A DNA stretch of 64,000 nucleotides, taken from positions 17,843-81,842 of the forward strand of contig JAUWXV010000001.1 of NCBI GenBank assembly GCA_030616165.1, in the 5' to 3' direction. Under the pieces are notes generated by a model. The model saw only the letters and a list, made by a program, of their open reading frames with translations, had not been told where the DNA came from and made no database searches. Source of the stretch: a bacterium. Lineage in GTDB: Bacteria; SM23-31; JAUVVT01. Positions 59,762 to 64,000 of the stretch are shown here, one piece after another. The position numbers and the translations under genes were made by a program. How positions within the stretch are numbered: the stretch's first letter is position 1; each line of letters begins with the position of its first letter.

Positions 59762-60703
59762 TTATTTTTCAGTTTTGGCTGACCTTGGGAAAAAGACCCA
59801 CACATTCGGATGCATGGTATAAAGCCTGTATTGTGTTCCGTCATGTACCAGGATACCGCTGGACTTATCACCTCCACTAACAATAGGGTTTTTCGGATAT
59901 TTTTTCCAGTGAATCAGGTCATTAGAAACTGCAACATTAGTAGTCCAGTCGCTCCATGGCTGGTTAGAACAAGCATGGTAATTGCAGTAATACCTGCCTT
60001 TGTATTTTATAATCTGGTTCATCGCAACAGCTTCTTTGTCGTATTGTTCTGGTCCCCTAACAATTACGGGGTCGTTCTGAACGTTGGTCCAGATTTTAAG
60101 GTCTGTAGAGGTAGCCAACCAGATGCCACGGTCACTGCGTTCGTAAAAAAGGAACCATTTTTCATCTTCAATCCAGATTGTAGGGGTGCCGTAAGGGCCC
60201 GGGCTTAGTGATTCGCCGTTTGTGTAGCGGATATCAAGACTTCCATGGTCTTTCCAATGGATTCGGTCTTTGGAGGTCATCATATGGGCAATATCGTTTA
60301 GCCCTTCGGCAAACATGTAATAAGTATCGCCATGCTTGATAACGCACATATCCTCGACCCAGGATTCAGTAAATATGGGATTGTCGGGATAGCGGGTCCA
60401 GTTGAAACCATCTTGTGATGTCCCGTATCCCAGATACAATGTCCTTGATAGTTTTCTGTTATAACCTGTATACCAAATATGATATATGTCACCTTCCCGA
60501 AGAATGTATCCCCGCTCGCGGATGTTTCTATCCCATGTATCCGTACCAGTCCCTGCAAAGACCGGATTATTCTCATACGGAACAAAGTCCACCATTTCGG
60601 GAGGAAATTCTTCTAAGATAGTTTTGTCCACTTCCCTGCCGGGTGCCTCTTTTTTACTGCATCCCACTGCTGTGGCTAATAACGATATCATCAGAATATA
60701 CAA
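59762..60703 (-). CDS. lipoprotein, five-bladed beta-propeller glycoside hydrolase-like (GH43/GH32/GH130 clan)
   Basis: Lipobox LLATAVGC. Repeated W/Y-rich blade motifs (DIYHIWYTGY, DTYYMFAEG, EKWFLFYER). Confidence 0.45.
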   Translation of the reverse strand: MYILMISLLATAVGCSKKEAPGREVDKTILEEFPPEMVDFVPYENNPVFAGTGTDTWDRNIRERGYILREGDIYHIWYTGYNRKLSRTLYLGYGTSQDGFNWTRYPDNPIFTESWVEDMCVIKHGDTYYMFAEGLNDIAHMMTSKDRIHWKDHGSLDIRYTNGESLSPGPYGTPTIWIEDEKWFLFYERSDRGIWLATSTDLKIWTNVQNDPVIVRGPEQYDKEAVAMNQIIKYKGRYYCNYHACSNQPWSDWTTNVAVSNDLIHWKKYPKNPIVSGGDKSSGILVHDGTQYRLYTMHPNVWVFFPRSAKTEK

Positions 60704-60787
60704 TGCCTTTTACATTCATAATTCTCCCATATTTATTGTAGATAATTAAACTGTATTTTTCATATGGATATTTTAATGAATTTTCAT

Positions 60788-60958
60788 TTCAACCAAATGT
60801 GGGGGCGAACCCGTGTGTTCGCCCTCTTTATTTTCTTCCTTGCCCTTCGGGTCTGCGTCCTTGCCATTTGAATCTGCGGTTTATTATAATTGTTTTAATT
60901 TTTTTCTTTAGCCAAATGTAGGGGCGAACCCGTGTGTTCGCCCTCTTTGTTTTCCAAC
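60788..60958. repeat. two direct copies of a GTAGGGGCGAACCCGTGTGTTCGCCCTC hairpin repeat
   Basis: 60797-60830 and 60915-60947 are nearly identical. A related copy lies at 61575-61602. Confidence 0.6.
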
Positions 60959-60973
60959 AACTAACATCTGCAT

Positions 60974-61441
60974 TTAAGCCAATATGTTCGGAGTGACCAT
61001 CCAGCGGATTGACCAACTGCCCGATTTCTCCGTTCCGAGACAGACAATACTGCCCATCTGAAATTCAACCACCTCCTTATCTGCATCTTGACATAGCAGA
61101 AGTGCGGCCAATTTACTTAGGTGGGGGAGATGACCCACTAATATAATGTCTTCGGTTCGATTAGCCAGGCGTTCCGCCCAGATAGATGGCTCGTCCAGAG
61201 GTTTTAGGCCTTCGGTTTCGCCGATTTCAATTGAAGAACTCAACTGCTCAGCCAGTACTTCGACTGTCTGTTTTGCCCTCGTCTTTCCACTATGAAAGAT
61301 ATCTTTCACACTGATATCGCCTTTTTGGGCAATAAAATCTGCCACTTTTTTAATATCTGACCATCCCTTTTCAGAGAGAGGCCTTTCCGGGTCTTCTTGT
61401 TCCGTTTTTGCCTGAGCATGCTGTACCAAATATACATTCAT
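60974..61441 (-). CDS. sixA: phosphohistidine phosphatase SixA-like (histidine phosphatase family)
   Basis: VYLVQHAQA (RHG-type motif variant) and ...ILVGHLPHLS. Confidence 0.7.
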   Translation of the reverse strand: MNVYLVQHAQAKTEQEDPERPLSEKGWSDIKKVADFIAQKGDISVKDIFHSGKTRAKQTVEVLAEQLSSSIEIGETEGLKPLDEPSIWAERLANRTEDIILVGHLPHLSKLAALLLCQDADKEVVEFQMGSIVCLGTEKSGSWSIRWMVTPNILA

Positions 61442-62001
61442 ATATAGTACCTCACTTAATATATTCCTTTAATGCAACCAGCCTGTCAATTTTCATATCC
61501 TCCACCTTATAAACCACAAACATCCCACCTTCACCAAGTGTAGGGTTTTGCCAATCATATAGATAAACCTGTTTTTAAATTACCGTAGGGGCGAATGGCA
61601 TTCGCCCTATTTATTATATTATTTTTTTTTGCCGACTTGTCCGCCGTCTTTTTGGAGGATCATTTTTCCAACCCCGCTTTTTTCAGCAGCGCCTTAAACC
61701 TCGGTTCATCAGGAATACGCCAGCTATCAATTGGAAAGACTCTAAACCAAGGGATAAACCTTTTCCAACTCTCGTTCCCAAACTCTGTTTGGGAACGAGA
61801 GTGGCTGAGAAACTCCGTTTCTCAAAAACTTCGATTAAACTAATATCTCATCTATTTTTATATAACTCTAAAATAAAGAAAGTATTTTAATCTTTACCCG
61901 CATTATTTTGGATTAGTCCTTAAATTATTAAATGAGCAATTAAAAAATTCATCATTCGTAAATCGTAAATCGTAAAGTTAATATGGAACAATAATACTAT
62001 T

Positions 62002-62274
62002 TTATTCTTTCCCCCAGAATTCATCGGCTTCTTTTTCCATCTTTTCAAGTCTGTCATAGTAATCTGGAAACTCATTTAAATGTGCCAGGGCAATTTTACC
62101 AGTCATTATTGAATCATCATTTGTAACGTTAGTAACTTCATCATGTGTGCCATGTTCTAACTCCACATTTATACCTATCATAAACTGATTCACATCAAAT
62201 TTATCCCATTTAATCCCCAATTTTTCGCCGATTTCTTTTGCTTCTTCTTCAGTAATATTTTTTTTAATTTCCAT
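62002..62274 (-). CDS. small hypothetical protein
   Basis: 90-aa acidic ORF; no recognisable domain. Confidence 0.35.
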   Translation of the reverse strand: MEIKKNITEEEAKEIGEKLGIKWDKFDVNQFMIGINVELEHGTHDEVTNVTNDDSIMTGKIALAHLNEFPDYYDRLEKMEKEADEFWGKE

Positions 62275-62872
62275 TTTTATAACTCCTGAATCTAATAATT
62301 AAATAAGTCTTAATTATGGTTGAAACTCCTTTTTATTATGACCTTGGTCATCTCATGTCAAAATATATTATTTCATAAAGTTCCTATCAATAAATCAATT
62401 TTTATTTAAAGGTATAAATAAATACTCCGATAATCAACTAAAAAATAAAATTAATTATAAATCATATCTCTCATATTAACAATAAAAAAGCCCTGGGGAA
62501 TTCCCTTCTGGTCTTTATGTACATTAGATTGGATTCGAAATATAAACTTGTGTTTAACAATCTATAAATTTGTTAAAAAAATACAGACAGGGGGTCATTT
62601 AATTTTCTCTTTGATTAAATTTTACTTGCTTTTATATAGATTATTTATTACCTATTTTATATATAAACTTCTTTACTTACAATAGTATCCGTTTTATATC
62701 CCCAGAAGATACTGTTTGCTTTTTTGCAATTGACCAGTGCCATGTTAAATAACATATATTCTTTTTTGTAATTTTTATAAAAAAAGTTGACCGGAGTTAA
62801 GCACTTTTTTAATGAGAAAATAAAAAAGTTACTTAATTTTTATATTTGTATAATTTTCAAAAATATGTTAAC

Positions 62873-62971
62873 GGACAGAACATTGCCTGCACACTGTGTT
62901 CTATCCCCACATAATAATCATTTGTGATTAAATATATTGTAGGGACAGGACATTGTCCTGTCCTTCTGTTC
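62873..62971. repeat. pair of GTAGGG-type hairpins upstream of the sulfatase gene
   Basis: ggacagaacattgcctgcacactgtgttctatcccc and gtagggacaggacattgtcctgtcc. Confidence 0.5.
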
Positions 62972-63126
62972 TTATTATTTCTCTATTTCAAGAAATGTCA
63001 GGAAAATATATATCGTTTATTATTTAACAAGGCACAGGTTAGGACCGAAAAAAGAAACTCAAGAACAAATGTAAGCAAAAGGGTGGGAAAGCCCGAATAG
63101 GATTGAATGAACGAAAGGAGTAATTT

Positions 63127-64000
63127 ATGAATCGACGCAATTTTATAAAAACCGTTGGCTTGGGTACAGCATCGCTGGCAATACCCGGATACATGAGCGT
63201 CCCTCAACTGTTTGCAGGGGAAACACTCGAGAATAACCCCAACATCGTCTTTATCCTCGCGGACGACCTTGGCTGGAAGGACGTGGGTTATCATGGCAGT
63301 GATATCAAGACGCCCAACATCGATAGGCTCGCATCTGAGGGAACGAGGCTTGAACAGTTCTATGTTCAACCAGTCTGCTCGCCGACTCGTTCGAGCCTGA
63401 TGACAGGAAGATATCCAATACGTTACGGATTGCAAGTAGGCGTAGTCCGACCATGGGCAAAACATGGGCTGCCTTTAGAAGAACGAACACTGGCGCAGGC
63501 ACTCAGGGAAGTGGGCTACGTCACGGCTGTCCACGGCAAATGGCACCTCGGTCACCTGAGCTCTGAATACCTGCCTACTTCCAGGGGTTTTGTTCATCAG
63601 TATGGTCACTACAACGGTGCGCTCGATTACTTTACCCATATTCGCGATGGTGGGTTGGACTGGAACCGGGATGATAAACCGCTGCGTGAAGATGGCTACA
63701 CGACCAACCTGATTGGCAGCGAGTCCGTGCGCCTCATCGAACAGCACGACGTCTCCAGACCACTGTTCCTGTACGTATCTTTCAACGCTCCGCACTCACC
63801 GTTTCAGGCACCGCAGCCGTACCTGGACATGTACGCACACATCAAAGTCAAAAATCGGCGCGCATATGCCGCTATGGTTACGTGCATGGACGATGCAATC
63901 GGGCGGATCATCGCGGCACTGGACAAACGCAGCATGAGGCGCAGCACCCTTATCATTTTCTGCTCAGACAACGGCGGTGCGGAAAGGGTAGCAAACAACA
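63127..64000 (+). CDS. arylsulfatase (formylglycine-dependent), 5' portion; continues beyond the window
   Basis: Tat signal MNRRNFIKTVGLGTASLAIPG. IVFILADDLGWKDVGYHG. CSPTRSSLMTGR formylglycine motif. GC-rich. Absent from the ORF track because no stop falls inside the window. Confidence 0.85.
   Translation, partial: MNRRNFIKTVGLGTASLAIPGYMSVPQLFAGETLENNPNIVFILADDLGWKDVGYHGSDIKTPNIDRLASEGTRLEQFYVQPVCSPTRSSLMTGRYPIRYGLQVGVVRPWAKHGLPLEERTLAQALREVGYVTAVHGKWHLGHLSSEYLPTSRGFVHQYGHYNGALDYFTHIRDGGLDWNRDDKPLREDGYTTNLIGSESVRLIEQHDVSRPLFLYVSFNAPHSPFQAPQPYLDMYAHIKVKNRRAYAAMVTCMDDAIGRIIAALDKRSMRRSTLIIFCSDNGGAERVANN

Noticed and set aside
11322-62971. Possibility that the dispersed repeats form a CRISPR array
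   Set aside because: Copies are dispersed over 50 kb, differ in sequence and length, and are not separated by uniform spacers. No cas genes.
62998-63795. Minus-strand ORFs (62998-63465, 63305-63502, 63475-63795) and small plus ORFs at the window end
   Set aside because: Antisense or out of frame to a clearly recognisable arylsulfatase reading frame starting at 63127 (Tat signal plus CSPTR motif)

Overview
Low-GC (about 30-35%) bacterial chromosomal segment. Genes use AGGAGG-type ribosome-binding sites, and one secreted protein ends in a type-IX-secretion C-terminal sorting domain, which points to an FCB-group-like (Ignavibacteria/Chlorobi-type) organism rather than a proteobacterium. Contents, in order: (1) an activated-methyl-cycle pair metK-ahcY plus housekeeping genes. 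(2) A minus-strand morphogenetic signalling cluster: two FHA-domain proteins, a class-B PBP, a SEDS protein (FtsW/RodA family), a HEAT-repeat protein, a secreted protein and a Ser/Thr kinase with TPR repeats. (3) Several GC-rich (45-55%) islands encoding Tat/Sec-secreted hydrolases and oxidoreductases (Tat-signal protein, alpha/beta-hydrolase, amidase, Gfo/Idh/MocA oxidoreductase, arylsulfatase), embedded among two families of small palindromic MITE/REP-like intergenic repeats. (4) A tandemly duplicated outer-membrane beta-barrel gene pair. (5) An Rrf2-headed sulfur-assimilation/cysteine cluster: Thi4-like, CysK, a Dsr/AsrC-like siroheme-ferredoxin sulfite reductase, CysH, a CysM-like enzyme fused to a TusA-like domain, CysE and a MetB/MetC-family enzyme. 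(6) The most notable region, about 41.3-55.8 kb: a dense multihaem-cytochrome respiratory supercluster that resembles a Geobacter-style extracellular electron transfer (EET) pathway. It comprises an ImcH-like inner-membrane heptahaem cytochrome; an octahaem cytochrome, a Tat FeS protein and an NrfD-type quinone module; a Rieske/cytochrome b complex whose c subunit is a nonahaem cytochrome; a 9-haem cytochrome with a T9SS C-terminal domain; and an octahaem lipoprotein, a beta-barrel porin and a 14-haem cytochrome arranged like a porin-cytochrome (Pcc) conduit. An EET conduit whose terminal cytochrome is exported by T9SS appears not to have been characterised. The window ends inside a GC-rich arylsulfatase gene.
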